DNA of 63,585 bases, counting the filler, from Octopus bimaculoides (lineage: Eukaryota), in assembly GCF_001194135.2 (NCBI RefSeq). It is 5 parts of 5 records of this genome, joined end to end, with 100 filler letters (N's around TTAATTAATTAA, not from the genome) between each part and the next. Parts side by side here need not be neighbours in the genome. Positions count along the whole stretch, not along the records: positions 20,795 to 42,501 come from NC_068990.1; 4 more parts are not named here. One strand, given 5' to 3'. Below the pieces are notes generated by a model. It saw only the letters and a program-made list of their open reading frames with translations, had not been told where the DNA came from and searched no databases. Shown here one piece after another: positions 20,833 through 33,254 of this stretch (position 1 is the stretch's first letter; each line of letters opens with the position of its first letter). Position numbers and translations under genes: made by a program.

Positions 20833-23660
20833 TTTTTCAATTACGCTCTGCAGAGTATCATGAAATTCAACTTTTGCTAATTCATCAGTATCATTTGTTG
20901 GGGCATGGCACATAACGATTGTTAGGAAAATCTCGCTTATGAGACGTTCTAAATTTTGCTAGTATCAATCTTTCATTTATGGGTTGCCATTCTATTAATG
21001 CTTTAACCGCTTTGTTAGTCAGCGTCAGAGCTACTCCCCTTGTGTGACGCGCCTTATCATCTTTGTGCCTTGAGTATATAATTGTTTTTCCTGAAGCTGG
21101 CTTAGTTTGTCCATTATCAATCCACCTAGTTTCACATAAACCCAAAATTTCCAAAATTTCTGAGAAAGAGTTGATAATGGTTATGGGTGATTTCAACGCA
21201 AAAGTCGGAAACATTAATTTAGGATATGAAGCCATTATGGGAAACATGGTTTAGGAAGCATGAATGCAAATGGCCAGTTATTTGCCGATTTTTGCGCAAA
21301 CAACCAGTTGGTCATTGGAGGAACCTTATTTCCGCACAAAGACCTTCACAAAGCTACATGGATATCGCCTGATCTGAAAACGCAAAATCAGATCGATCAC
21401 ATCTGTGTGAGCTGCAAGTTCGAGAGATCACTGTTAGATGTTAAGGTAAAAAGAGGGGCTGACGCAGCCTCCGACCACCACCTACTATTTGGCAAACTAC
21501 ATCTGAAGTTAAAGGCTTTAAAAGAGGGATGTAAGGTTCAACGAAAATACAATGTTACTAAAACACAAAGACACCAAAATAAAATACAGAAAAACACTAT
21601 CATGCAAATCAATGCAAGTAAAAAGGATGCAAGGTAACACAATAGAACATACTTGGTCGAAAATTAAGGATGCTTTTATTTCATTATTAGAAGAATGCAT
21701 AGGGTGTGTAAACAAAAAGAATAAGGTGTGGATATCACAAGAGACACTAACAGCCATAGAAGTAAGAAAGAAGCTAAAGGGAAAATTACTATCGGCAAGC
21801 TCAGAAGTAGAGATAAATAGACGTCAGGGAAATTACAACCAACAAAATAAGAAAGTTAAAAAACAATTAAGAAGAGACAAGCGAAAATATTTCGAAAATT
21901 TAGCAACAACAGCAGAAAGTGCAGCTCAGCGCCAGAACATGAAAGAGCTGTACAACACAACTAAATTACTATCCGGGAAGAGAGTAAGAGTAGAAAAGGC
22001 AGTAAAAGGGAAGGATGGCCGGACGCTAACATCAATTCGAGAACAAAAAAATCGATGGAAGGAGCATTTTGAAGATTTGCTTAATAGACTACCTCCAGAC
22101 ACAATAGCTAACATTGCGCAAAGAAATTTGGATCTTAACATCAGCCTTGACCCACCGTCCAAGTTTGAAATAAGAAAGGCTATACAATCCCTCAAGAATG
22201 GGAAAGCGGAGGTGTAGACAACATCCCAGCTGAAGCAATGAAATCAGCTATAGGAATAGCGGTAGAAATGTTTCATCCATTATTTTCTAAGATATGGCAG
22301 GAAGAAAATGTGCCTAATGATTGGAAAGAGGGACTCATCATAAAATTGCGAAAAAAAGGTGATTTAAGCGTTTGCGGAAATTATAGAGAGGTTATGTTAT
22401 TGTCGACTCCCGGAAAAGTTTTTAACAGGATACTTTTGGAGTGCATGAGGACAGCAGTTGACAAATTGTTGTGTAAAGAACAAGCTGGATTTAGGAAGAA
22501 CCGTTCATGTGTAAATCAAATTGCCACTCTTCGCATCATCTTAGAGCAAAGCGCAGAGTGGAATGCACCGCTTTATATTAATTTNNNNNNNNNNNNNNNN
22601 NNNNNNNNNNNNNNNNNNNNNNNNNNNNNNNNNNNNNNNNNNNNNNNNNNNNNNNNNNNNNNNNNNNNNNNNNNNNNNNNNNNNNNNNNNNNNNNNNNNN
22701 NNNNNNNNNNNNNNNNNNNNNNNNNNNNNNNNNNNNNNNNNNNNNNNNNNNNNNNNNNNNNNNNNNNNNNNNNNNNNNNNNNNNNNNNNNNNNNNNNNNN
22801 NNNNNNNNNNNNNNNNNNNNNNNNNNNNNNNNNNNNNNNNNNNNNNNNNNNNNNNNNNNNNNNNNNNNNNNNNNNNNNNNNNNNNNNNNNNNNNNNNNNN
22901 NNNNNNNNNNNNNNNNNNNNNNNNNNNNNNNNNNNNNNNNNNNNNNNNNNNNNNNNNNNNNNNNAAGTCAACCGCGACAAATAAAAAATTATGCTCGTTA
23001 ATGAAGAAAACAGTGAACGTATTAAACTAGAAACCGGTGAACTAGAGGATGTAGCCGAATTTACGTATTTAGGTAGTAAGATAACCTTCTCAGGCGGCAC
23101 CGATGAAGATATTAAGACGAGAATAAGTAAGGCAAGGACCGCTTTCCACCTGTTAAAAAAAGTAAGGAGCGCAAGTGTAATTTCAATAAAGAACAAAATA
23201 AGAATTTTTAACACTAACGTAAAAGCGGTGTTATTGTATGGGGCTGAGATATGGCGAACAACAGTTAAGTCAAATAAGCAAATACAATCATTCATCAAAA
23301 GATGCTTGCACAGTATACTTAAAATCAAATGGCCCGAGCGCATAAGCAATATGGAGCTATGGCAAAGAACGAATCAAGTTTCGATTAGGGAGCAAATATT
23401 TAAGAAATAGTGAAAGTGGATTGGTAGCACAATTAGAAAGGACACACCAAATGTAGCGAAAAGTGCTTTACAGTGGAATCCGGATGGATATAGAAAGAGG
23501 GGTATGCCTAAGAACACGTGGTGTAGATCAACACAAAAGGAACTGGAGAAAGGGGGACATTCATGGCAGAATATAAGTACAGAAGCGAAAAATTATGCGA
23601 CATGGAATTCAATTATAAGTAGCCTTAAACTCCGCGTTGGAGGGCAAGAAAGAAGTTAGC
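20833..23660 (+). mobile_element. RTE-clade LINE (APE + RT), degenerate, with inverted 5' segment 20833-21151
   Basis: APE motifs GDFNAKVG, NQIDHI, SDHHLL; RT motifs GKA.GVDNIPAE, CGNYREVMLLS, EQAGFRKNRSC; C-terminal FTYLGS, LLYGAEIW. The APE N-terminus (GLCETRW...CHAPTND) is on the minus strand. Confidence 0.93.
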
Positions 23661-23711
23661 GTGAAAAACCTCATAAGGGAAAAATATATTATTCCCTATA
23701 AACATATTTAT

Positions 23712-24085
23712 TTATATTAAGGGCCTTTCTATACATAAATGCCTCACGCTAGGAGGGACTCTTAAAGTGAAAACTACCATAATAAACACATTTTACCGAA
23801 CGCGATGGAATGCAACTCTCGAAGCGAGCCTTTAAAATCAGACTCAGCTGCATATCCTATGATTTCATAATTAGTGCACAAAAAGCACTTTTTTAATCGT
23901 CAGTGCAAGCATAGTACACTAATTATGAAATCATATGATATGCAGCTGAGTCTGGTTTTAAAAGGCTCGCTTCGAGAGTTGCATTCCATCGCGTTCGGTA
24001 AAATGCGTTTATTATGGTAGTTTTCACTTCAAAATTCCCTCCTAGCGTGAGGCATTTATGTATAATAATGCCCTTAATATAAAAG
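23712..24085. repeat. Near-perfect long inverted repeat (~165-bp arms, short spacer), foldback/MITE-like
   Basis: ATATTAAGGGC...CATAATTAGTG followed by CACTAATTATG...GCCCTTAATAT, with few mismatches. Confidence 0.92.
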
Positions 24086-24171
24086 AAAAATATGTATATA
24101 TATATAATAAATTCTTCTATTTACATAATATTGAGGTCTCATTCATCATTCTTTTGTTGTCATATTATTAC

Positions 24172-24229
<58 letters not shown>

Positions 24230-24273
24230 ATATATATAATATGTATATGCATGTGTACATATATATATGCGAA

Positions 24274-24332
<59 letters not shown>

Positions 24333-24369
24333 GCACATCTAATCTCTATCTATCAGTCTATCTTTCTGT

Positions 24370-26945
24370 CACTATCAACGCCCACAACAACAACAGTAAC
24401 AACAACAACAACAACAACAACGCCAGTAACAGTAACAACAACTGCAACAATGGTAACAGCGGTAGCACCCTAGACTCTGCCTTCTATAATCCCAACACTA
24501 AATCGTACGACTCGACGAGGATCTTTCCCACAGACTTACTCTTCAACAAAAGGGTTGAATGACAGTGAGACAGATGCAAAGATTTCCTTAGCTGGAAATA
24601 GACTCCGACACATCTTAGACCGATACAAAACCACTAAAAACATAATGAGGGGGCGACCAACCAACTCAGTTCAACAGTCGCCAAAGACCTATAAAAACTG
24701 AAACAGCGAATTAGGAACAGGGAATTAGTGTGCCTCCCTACGGACAAATCTAGCAGAGTGTCGATAGACAGCCCACAGAACTATGTCCAAACCATGCAGC
24801 AACACATCAATAGCATGAGAGAAGTTACACCACAGGAACATGAAAGAGTGGAAAAACTCCTCAATGTACACATAGGAAAGTGGTGCATACATACCAAGGA
24901 AACGGACTGCACAAAATTTACAAGCATCCAATAACGATCTTTCTACGCTGTACAGGTTATGAATAGACCATAAACCCTACGTAAACCCTATATTGGGGCC
25001 CCCAACCCAGCCAGTTTGTAGAGTGAATGTCTCCAGCTATCCTACTTCCTCTCACAGATGTTACGACCACTCATTGAAATGTTCTTAGGTGTTTGTGTGA
25101 GCCCGGAGTACCTCCTCAGTAGAATCAGTAGTTGCAACCACTCCAGCGACCACACAGGTTGTGTAGTGGGTAGTATGGATGTAGTTTCTCTCTACTCATC
25201 TATAGACATAGATTTTGCTGTGGAAAATGCATTGAGATTATCTGTGAGAATGAAGTAGAGTTCCGTGAAATCAACACGAGGGAACTGGGCCTCCTCCTTA
25301 AATTAAGCTATGACTGTAACTATCTAGACAACCATGACCTTAGTAGATTTGGCCCTACCAGGTCACAAAGGGGAAGCCCACTCACCATCAACTCGGCAAT
25401 GAAGAAAAGCATCACAGAGCACTGGAGTGGCTGGACCATACCCAACCAGGACCATGAGAACAACAATAATGTGAAAAAAATGAAGGACCACATAGTGAAG
25501 CTTGACAGGAAACTATACATGCAGGTTCAAGATGCAACCATTCGTGTCGGTGTGACTACAGATGTGGCCAGCCTCTTCATGACTTGGTAGGATAGAAAAC
25601 TTAAACAATCTCTAGCTAAACAATCAACAACTGTTTTTCTTTACTGTAGGTATGTAGATGACATCAATATTCTAGTTAGGACAAACCTAGTTAATGTAGT
25701 GTATAAACCGAGAGGAGCATAATGGAGAGCATCCAGCATATCTCACTAGGCACCCCAACAATAGACACCCTGTCCTTGATACAGAACTTTGGTTAGAGAC
25801 TGTAAGTAACAGAGTGAAGCTCCTCCACTCTTATTTCTTTATTGCCCACAAGGGGCATCACACAGAGGGGATAAACAAGGACAGACAAACGAATTAAGTC
25901 GATTATATCGACCCCAGTGCGTAGCTGGTACTTATTTAATCGACCCCGAAAAGATGAAAGGCAAAGTCGACCTCGGCGGAATTTGAACTCAGAACGTAGC
26001 GGCAGACGAAATACCGCTAAGCATTTCGCCCCGCGTGCTAACGTTTCTGCCAGGTCGTCGCCTTCCACTCTTATTACATGAAACCCATGCTTCTCTTATT
26101 ACATGAAACCCATAGCTTCTAAACTATGCTGTTCACCAGAACTCAGCTTTGTCATACAATACGAAAATCAACATACTGATAGCAGACTTAGTTAGAATAA
26201 TGAACAGCATGTCCCCACTATGCAAACCCTATGAAACATAGAAACGTGCACAGAAGTTCATGCATCGCATGCAATTCTCTGGATATGACCAGAAAGATAG
26301 GATTCATGTATACAGGGGTGCTAGAAAGAATTTAGGTAATATTATATGTAATGAAACCAGTGGTACCCGGCCTAAATACAGCAGGTAAGGACTGGAATAG
26401 TATACAGAGAGTTTGTGACAAAGCAAACAAAGTAAACACATGGTACAAAGCTGACAAATATCAAGAAATAATGTTTGTTGAGGCCACACCCCATGGGGAG
26501 GTAGCCTGTAGATTTAAGAAAGCTCTGACGGAGACCGAACTCAACATTAAGATCATTAAAAAGCCAGGGAGCTGCATCAGATCACAGTTATGTAGGGTGT
26601 ACCCATTCGAAATTATCACATGCACTAATGAGAATTGTATGGTATGTAAGATTAACCCTGGCATTAACTGTAGTCTACATCATAAAATACATAGAAGGTG
26701 ACTCAAGAACACGACATACATTGGAGAAACATCTAGATATTACCGAGAGATTAAATAAACACTTGAAGCAATATAATGACAAAAACAGCCCTCCATACTC
26801 TGCCAACATGCCAAAGACCAAAATGAAGGTACACTGGGCCGACACAGGCATTTTATTGAGGCAACCGAAAGACCCATTACTCAGACAAATTCAGGAGTAC
26901 ATCCTCATAAATGAAACATCTGTACTAAATAATAAATACATATAG
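24370..26945 (+). mobile_element. Penelope-like element, near full length, degenerate
   Basis: LPTDKSSRVSI; VGSMDVVSLYSSI; RYVDDINIL; MFVEATPHGEVA; Cys-rich CTNENCMVCK..C; TYIGETSR; RQIQEYILI...LN. Confidence 0.88.
25836..26063 (-). mobile_element. tRNA-derived SINE inserted in the PLE, with a 12-bp target-site duplication
   Basis: Head GGCGACGACCTGGCAGAAACGTTAGC and B box GAGTTCAAATTCC. TSD TCCACTCTTATT at 25824-25835 and 26064-26075. Confidence 0.9.
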
Positions 26946-26997
26946 AAGGTAGAGATACCCATAATATATACATACGTAGGTACATTTGGTAGTAGAC

Positions 26998-27043
<46 letters not shown>

Positions 27044-27249
27044 NNNNNNNNNNNNNNNNNNNNNNNNNNNNNNNNNNNNNNNNNNNNNNNNNNNNNNNNN
27101 NNNNNNNNNNNNNNNNNNNNNNNNNNNNNNNNNNNNNNNNNNNNNNNNNNNNNNNNNNNNNNNNNNNNNNNNNNNNNNNNNNNNNNNNNNNNNNNNNNNN
27201 NNNNNNNNNNNNNNNNNNNNNNNNNNNNNCGGTCACTGTGCAATGACTA

Positions 27250-28615
27250 AGGAAAATAATCTAATAAAGGGTATAAAGGGGTATATAAGCCCTCGACAGA
27301 AAGAAAGAAGGCTTTCCTATCCACGTGGAAGTCGAACCCATATCTTTTTGTACATGAAAAGATTCTACTATATCTATGGGAAGAAGGAAATTTTTTTTTG
27401 TAAAGCAGCAATAAATTTTTTGTATATATTAGTGGACACTGCACTGTTGAATGGGATATTGAACCAGATAGGATTTTTACTTTTAAATTTATTGTGTGAG
27501 TGAGTACAGGATACATTTTGATTACCATTATTCTCTAGGACCATATTGTGATTTATAGTTTTGCATATCTTTAATATTAATCCCTATTAATTTGCGGAGT
27601 AACTAAATCATTTGCATTGCCATTTCTTTTATCTAACCTAGTTTTTTTTGCTAGTATTAATATGTAGTCTCCTATCAAAATATACTCTATTATTATTCTT
27701 ATTACTTAAAATGTCAGGTATGTAGGATGGTTTTTCATTTAGTATTTCATCACCACTAGTTAAGTTCGTAGACTTACTATTACTAAAATCATTATTAATT
27801 TCTCTATCAAAATGAGTTGGCCTTCTAGGACCGAAGAAAGAAATTTTCTGGTCATATCCCGCTTTAGATAAAGCAACATTGTAGTAGTATGAATGGGAAT
27901 TAAAAATATCAATATTTGAAGATAACTTAGTAATTCTCTCAGAAATGCTTTTTTACTTTTGATTTTAATATATTTGGGGGTGATTAGATAATTTATTCAC
28001 ATACCTTGTAACCTCGTTCTCTTTTCTACAGGGGTAGTACAATTTGGACTCTATGTTTAGAGTAGTGTCAAAAAAATTTACTAGCTTGGTACCATATTCA
28101 TACGTAATACTTAATTTGAAGCTTTTAAAAAATTTTCTAATTTACTTTCTCATTCTTTCAATGATTGATTTATTGTTACTAGGGATGATGAATAAGGCAT
28201 CATCCCTATATAAACCGCCCCGCAGCTCCGGGATTTCCTTATTTAGGCTATACAAGAGGTACGCACCTACTAGATTTGTAATTTCAGTCGAGTCGCTCGA
28301 TCCCATCGTTATATCGGAGTTGTCTGGAGTGTCAGCCCTAGTCCAAAGTTTTCCATCAAATTCAATAATAGTTCTAGCTAACAGAATAATATTGATTTTA
28401 TCCCTAGTAATAAGAAAGCGATTTTTAGCAAAAATAAGAGCCTTATTTAGAAGTATTAGGGATATGCTTGAATAATAACTATTTATGTCAAATTGGATAA
28501 AAGAATAATTACCAGTGTTATCGATAGATCTAAACCAGTTAAGTACCTCACCAGTATCAATCCATAATTTTAAAGTTAAGTTGAGAATTATAAAGGGTAG
28601 AATATTGTCAAGAAT
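27250..28615 (-). mobile_element. Penelope-like element fragment (RT to linker)
   Basis: IQFDINSYYSSI; DITMGSSDSTEITNLVG; GLYRDDAL; YVNKLSNHP; IWFNIPFNSAVSTNIYKKF...FPSSHRYSRIF. Confidence 0.9.
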
Positions 28616-29248
28616 NNNNNNNNNNNNNNNNNNNNNNNNNNNNNNNNNNNNNNNNNNNNNNNNNNNNNNNNNNNNNNNNNNNNNNNNNNNNNNNNNNNNN
28701 NNNNNNNNNNNNNNNNNNNNNNNNNNNNNNNNNNNNNNNNNNNNNNNNNNNNNNNNNNNNNNNNNNNNNNNNNNNNNNNNNNNNNNNNNNNNNNNNNNNN
28801 NNNNNNNNNNNNNNNNNNNNNNNNNNNNNNNNNNNNNNNNNNNNNNNNNNNNNNNNNNNNNNNNNNNNNNNNNNNNNNNNNNNNNNNNNNNNNNNNNNNN
28901 NNNNNNNNNNNNNNNNNNNNNNNNNNNNNNNNNNNNNNNNNNNNNNNNNNNNNNNNNNNNNNNNNNNNNNNNNNNNNNNNNNNNNNNNNNNNNNNNNNNN
29001 NNNNNNNNNNNNNNNNNNNNNNNNNNNNNNNNNNNNNNNNNNNNNNNNNNNNNNNNNNNNNNNNNNNNNNNNNNNNNNNNNNNNNNNNNNNNNNNNNNNN
29101 NNNNNNNNNNNNNNNNNNNNNNNNNNNNNNNNNNNNNNNNNNNNNNNNNNNNNNNNNNNNNNNNNNNNNNNNNNNNNNNNNNNNNNNNNNNNNNNNNNNN
29201 NNNNNNNNNNNNNNNNNNNNNNNNNNNNNNNNNNNNNNNNNNNNNATA

Positions 29249-29281
<33 letters not shown>

Positions 29282-29320
29282 AATTTTCCTCATATTTAAT
29301 TTTTTTCTTTTCTATTTCAG

Positions 29321-29431
29321 TAATTCATAACTTCTGAAAGCAACATCCAGTCGACATCGTAGACTAAGAAGTTTTTTTCTCTAACATACAAGAATCAAGA
29401 TTTATTTGTTTTATCCACACTCTTCTACCAA
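29321..29431 (+). other. Possible non-coding (5' UTR) exon
   Basis: Strong pyrimidine tract plus TTTCAG acceptor and CAA|GTATGT donor. Stops occur in all three frames. Could lead into the ATG-bearing exon at 37610. Confidence 0.2.
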
Positions 29432-29549
29432 GTATGTACTGTTTTTCGATAAGATTGCATATAGGAATTAAATGCAATATTTTTCCGCTTTTCATAACTA
29501 TCTACTTACATATTAACTGTTTATGTATGTATTTATGTATGTATGCGTG

Positions 29550-29589
<40 letters not shown>

Positions 29590-30229
29590 GATCTATCTAT
29601 CTATCTGGCTGCCTGCCTGTCTGCCTGCCTGTCTGCCTGCCTGTCCGTCTATCCATCCGTCTGTCTGTTTATGTATCTGCCTGCCTATTAGTCCTGATAT
29701 TTAACTGCATACATATCCGTCTTTTCTTTAGTACATATGTGTGTATGTAAAATTTTATTAAATAAGCATTTTAATGATATAATTATAAACATATGCATGC
29801 ATGTGTGTGTGTGTGTGTGTGTGTGTGTTTGTAGTAAAATTTTCTTAAGATAAAATTATTAATTATATAAACAATCTAATACACGCACGCACGCACACGC
29901 ACGCACACACNNNNNNNNNNNNNNNNNNNNNNNNNNNNNNNNNNNNNNNNNNNNNNNNNNNNNNNNNNNNNNNNNNNNNNNNNNNNNNNNNNNNNNNNNN
30001 NNNNNNNNNNNNNNNNNNNNNNNNNNNNNNNNNNNNNNNNNNNNNNNNNNNNNNNNNNNNNNNNNNNNNNNNNNNNNNNNNNNNNNNNNNNNNNNNNNNN
30101 NNNNNNNNNNNNNNNNNNNNNNNNNNNNNNNNNNNNNNNNNNNNNNNNNNNNNNNNNNNNNNNNNNNNTACTAAAAATATTAACGATGCAAGAAAAAAAA
30201 ACAGCTGGAATTAATAGCAACATTTTCAG

Positions 30230-31480
30230 GTGACATAGGAATGGAATTTGGTAAGAAGAAATGTTCTTTTTTAATTGTTAAAAGGGGGAAATCAGTCTCC
30301 CAGTCACAAAACCTGTGCATCAATGGTCTCTCTATCTCACCTGTCCCACTATCTCACCTGTCCCACTATCTCACCTGTCCCACTATCTCACCTGTCCCAC
30401 TATCTCACCTGTCCCACACAAAGAATACTCAAGTACCTTTGCATTGATGGAAATATATCATACCAAGGTACTGTGAATAAAGATAGAGTGACCCTAGAAT
30501 ATTACACCAGACTAAGAAATGTATTACAGTCCAAACTCTCGTCTTACAAGACAATATCCCAGAATGCATTCGCCCTACCAGTGCTGATTCCAACATTTGG
30601 GATACTTGACTGGTCTGTTGAAGAAATCCACTCCATAAACATTAGAACCCGCAAGATTCTAACATCAACTGGAGACCTATACAAAAATAATGATATCGAC
30701 AGGCTCCACCTAAGAAGAGATAAAGGAGGTAGGGGCTTGAGGTAAGTGTAGACAGTCTCTAAATATCACACAGTCTCTCTAAGACAGCACTTGCTAAACA
30801 ATAACAGCAAAAAATAAATACATTAACTGAGTCTTGAAAAATGAAGAAAACAATATCCTACGTATTGGAAGTGAGCTCCTCAGGAAGTACTCTCTTCCTG
30901 ATAACCTCCCATACGACCTCAAATCAGTCGGAAGAACTGTTCTAGTATACTCCAAAAATGTCATCAACCTCCCTATACGACATGACGTCGCAAAAACAAT
31001 ATGCAATGCCATTAAAAAAACAGACTGTCCTGGAATAAATATAGAGAATTTTCCTGTTATTGAATACGTACACAAATACCAGCACAAGGAATACTGGTGG
31101 AACACTCCCATTAAAACATCTGGCATGACATGCTAGATATTGTTGTATGGGACCGACAAGAAAATGTATGTGTGTCATAGAGCTCAGCTGTCCTGCTGAT
31201 GTGAATATTTCGTTGAACATCAAAGAGAAACTATGGACAATTGCTTCGAAATCTCCGGTTTCAATATCTGGATAACAAATTTACATTTATACCAATAATA
31301 ATTGGAGGACTTGGTCTTGTGAGTAAATGCTTAACTGTCAGTCTGGTTTAGCTTAGATTTTTAGGAAAAGGAATCAACCAACTGATTCGCACATTACAAA
31401 TACAGTGTTTAAGCGGAACAATAAAACTATGCGAGACTTTGCTCAGGTTTAAAATGTGACATTGTTTTCGTTATCAACAT
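30230..31480 (+). mobile_element. RLE-type (R4/Dong-like) LINE fragment, internally deleted
   Basis: DIGMEFGKKKC; NAFALPVLIPTFGILDWS; DRLHLRRDKGGRGL; LPIRHDVAKTI; DIVVWDRQ...VIELSCPAD. Confidence 0.82.
30332..30416 (+). repeat. Minisatellite, 5 identical copies of the 17-mer CTATCTCACCTGTCCCA
   Basis: Exact head-to-tail copies with no spacers, inside the LINE reading frame. Confidence 0.95.
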
Positions 31481-31729
31481 TCCAAAGATGGAGCTTTGTA
31501 TCATTGTTAGAAGCCAGCTCCTTCTTCAGGTGAAGAATTTAAAGGATTAAATACAGAAGAACAAGCTTACACTGGGCAGCCCGAGATGTGATCAACTGTC
31601 TCATTGTGCACGATAATGCAAGGTTCTTACGCAGCGCTCAATACGAATTTCCAGCTATGTCCACATTAAAACTGGTGTTTAATGTGTGATTTCATACAAG
31701 CTACACTGATACACTGACGGCAGATAACA

Positions 31730-32945
31730 AACTAGCAGAAATGGTCAAAGAGAGGAAAAACGACATTGAAACAGTAGTCCAATAAAGTTTTAACATCATT
31801 AACTGGAATCTTACAGAGCCCCAATGCTTGGACAAGAAGACAAGAAAACTACTAACATATAAAATCATGCACCACCCAAAAGCAGGCTTTGATCGTCTGT
31901 ACCTATCTAGAAGTATGGAGGAAGAGGAATGTTGCAAGTAGAACCACCACAATGGCAATGAACATGTACTTATCTAGTACAGAGGACTGGATGCTGCGGC
32001 TTGTATGCAAACACGAAAGCATTAAAGAAAATCACATTCTATTGTCAAGGAAGCTTGAAAATTCGCAAAGGAACTTGGCATTAATCCTGAATTAGATGAA
32101 GAACCTGAAACCATTGCCACAAAACATGCAAAACGGATCGAGCAGACTGCAAAAAAGAACGGGCAGAAACAAATTGAGGAGCGGTGGAGCTCAAAACCTC
32201 TGCATGGACAGTATATACCCCGAAAGCGAAATGCTGATGTAGACCAAGCAACAACCGATCTGAGAAATTCATGACTGAAAGCAGAGGCTGAAGGTTTCAT
32301 ATTGGAGGCACAAGATTAAAGCTTGCTTACCATAAACAACCAGGCTAATGTTCTTCAAAACGGTTCTGACCCTAAATGCAGATTCTGCGACAAATTTGAT
32401 GAAACAATAGACCATCTAATCTCGAGATGTCCAGTCCTGACACTAAACGAATATAAACATCACCACGATAGGGTAGGACAGTATTTACATTGTAAAATAT
32501 GCGGACACTACAAAATTAGCATTCCTGCTTACTGGTATGAACGTCATCCTGAGCCAGTCGTTGAATGTAAAAATGTCACTATCCTCTGGAATTTTCCAGT
32601 CAACATCAACAGAACGATGCAGGCTAATCGACCGGACATAGTCATTAAAGACAAAGACGAAAATACTTGTGGACTAATGGATGCAAGTGTTCCCACTGGT
32701 AAAAATATATCTGTAAAGGAATTTGACAAATTAAGTAAATATAAGGACCTGGAAATTTAAATACAAAAGACGTGGTATCTTAAAGCGAGAACTGTTCCTG
32801 TTATTGTGGGTGCCCTAGGCATAATAAGAAAGGGATGCTAGAAACATCTAGATAATATCCCAGAAGAATCATGTCTGAGAGAAATCCAAAAGATTGTGTT
32901 GACAAGTACTGCCTACATCCTTAGAAAAAGCCTATCATTTATATT
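31730..32945 (+). mobile_element. Second RLE-type (R4/Dong-like) LINE 3' fragment
   Basis: DRLYLSR; WSSKPLHGQY; CCHC knuckle CRFCDKFDETIDHLISRC; NRPDIVIKDK..MDASVP; VPVIVGALG. Confidence 0.9.
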
Positions 32946-33254
32946 TTATACACCCCTTATGATTTTTCCTTTGTATCATACTATATATTCTGTTTTGTAG
33001 AATGATACATTAAGGAGCTTTTTTCATGAGTACTTCCGGATTACTTGAATCCATATATTGTAACTTAAATATATATATATATATANNNNNNNNNNNNNNN
33101 NNNNNNNNNNNNNNNNNNNNNNNNNNNNNNNNNNNNNNNNNNNNNNNNNNNNNNNNNNNNNNNNNNNNNNNNNNNNNNNNNNNNNNNNNNNNNNNNNNNN
33201 NNNNNNNNNNNNNNNNNNNNNAATAGGGATCGTGTATCACAGTCAATGTAAAAA

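Noticed and set aside
30332-30416. CRISPR-like repeat array
   Set aside because: No spacers, eukaryotic context and no cas genes. It is a plain minisatellite.
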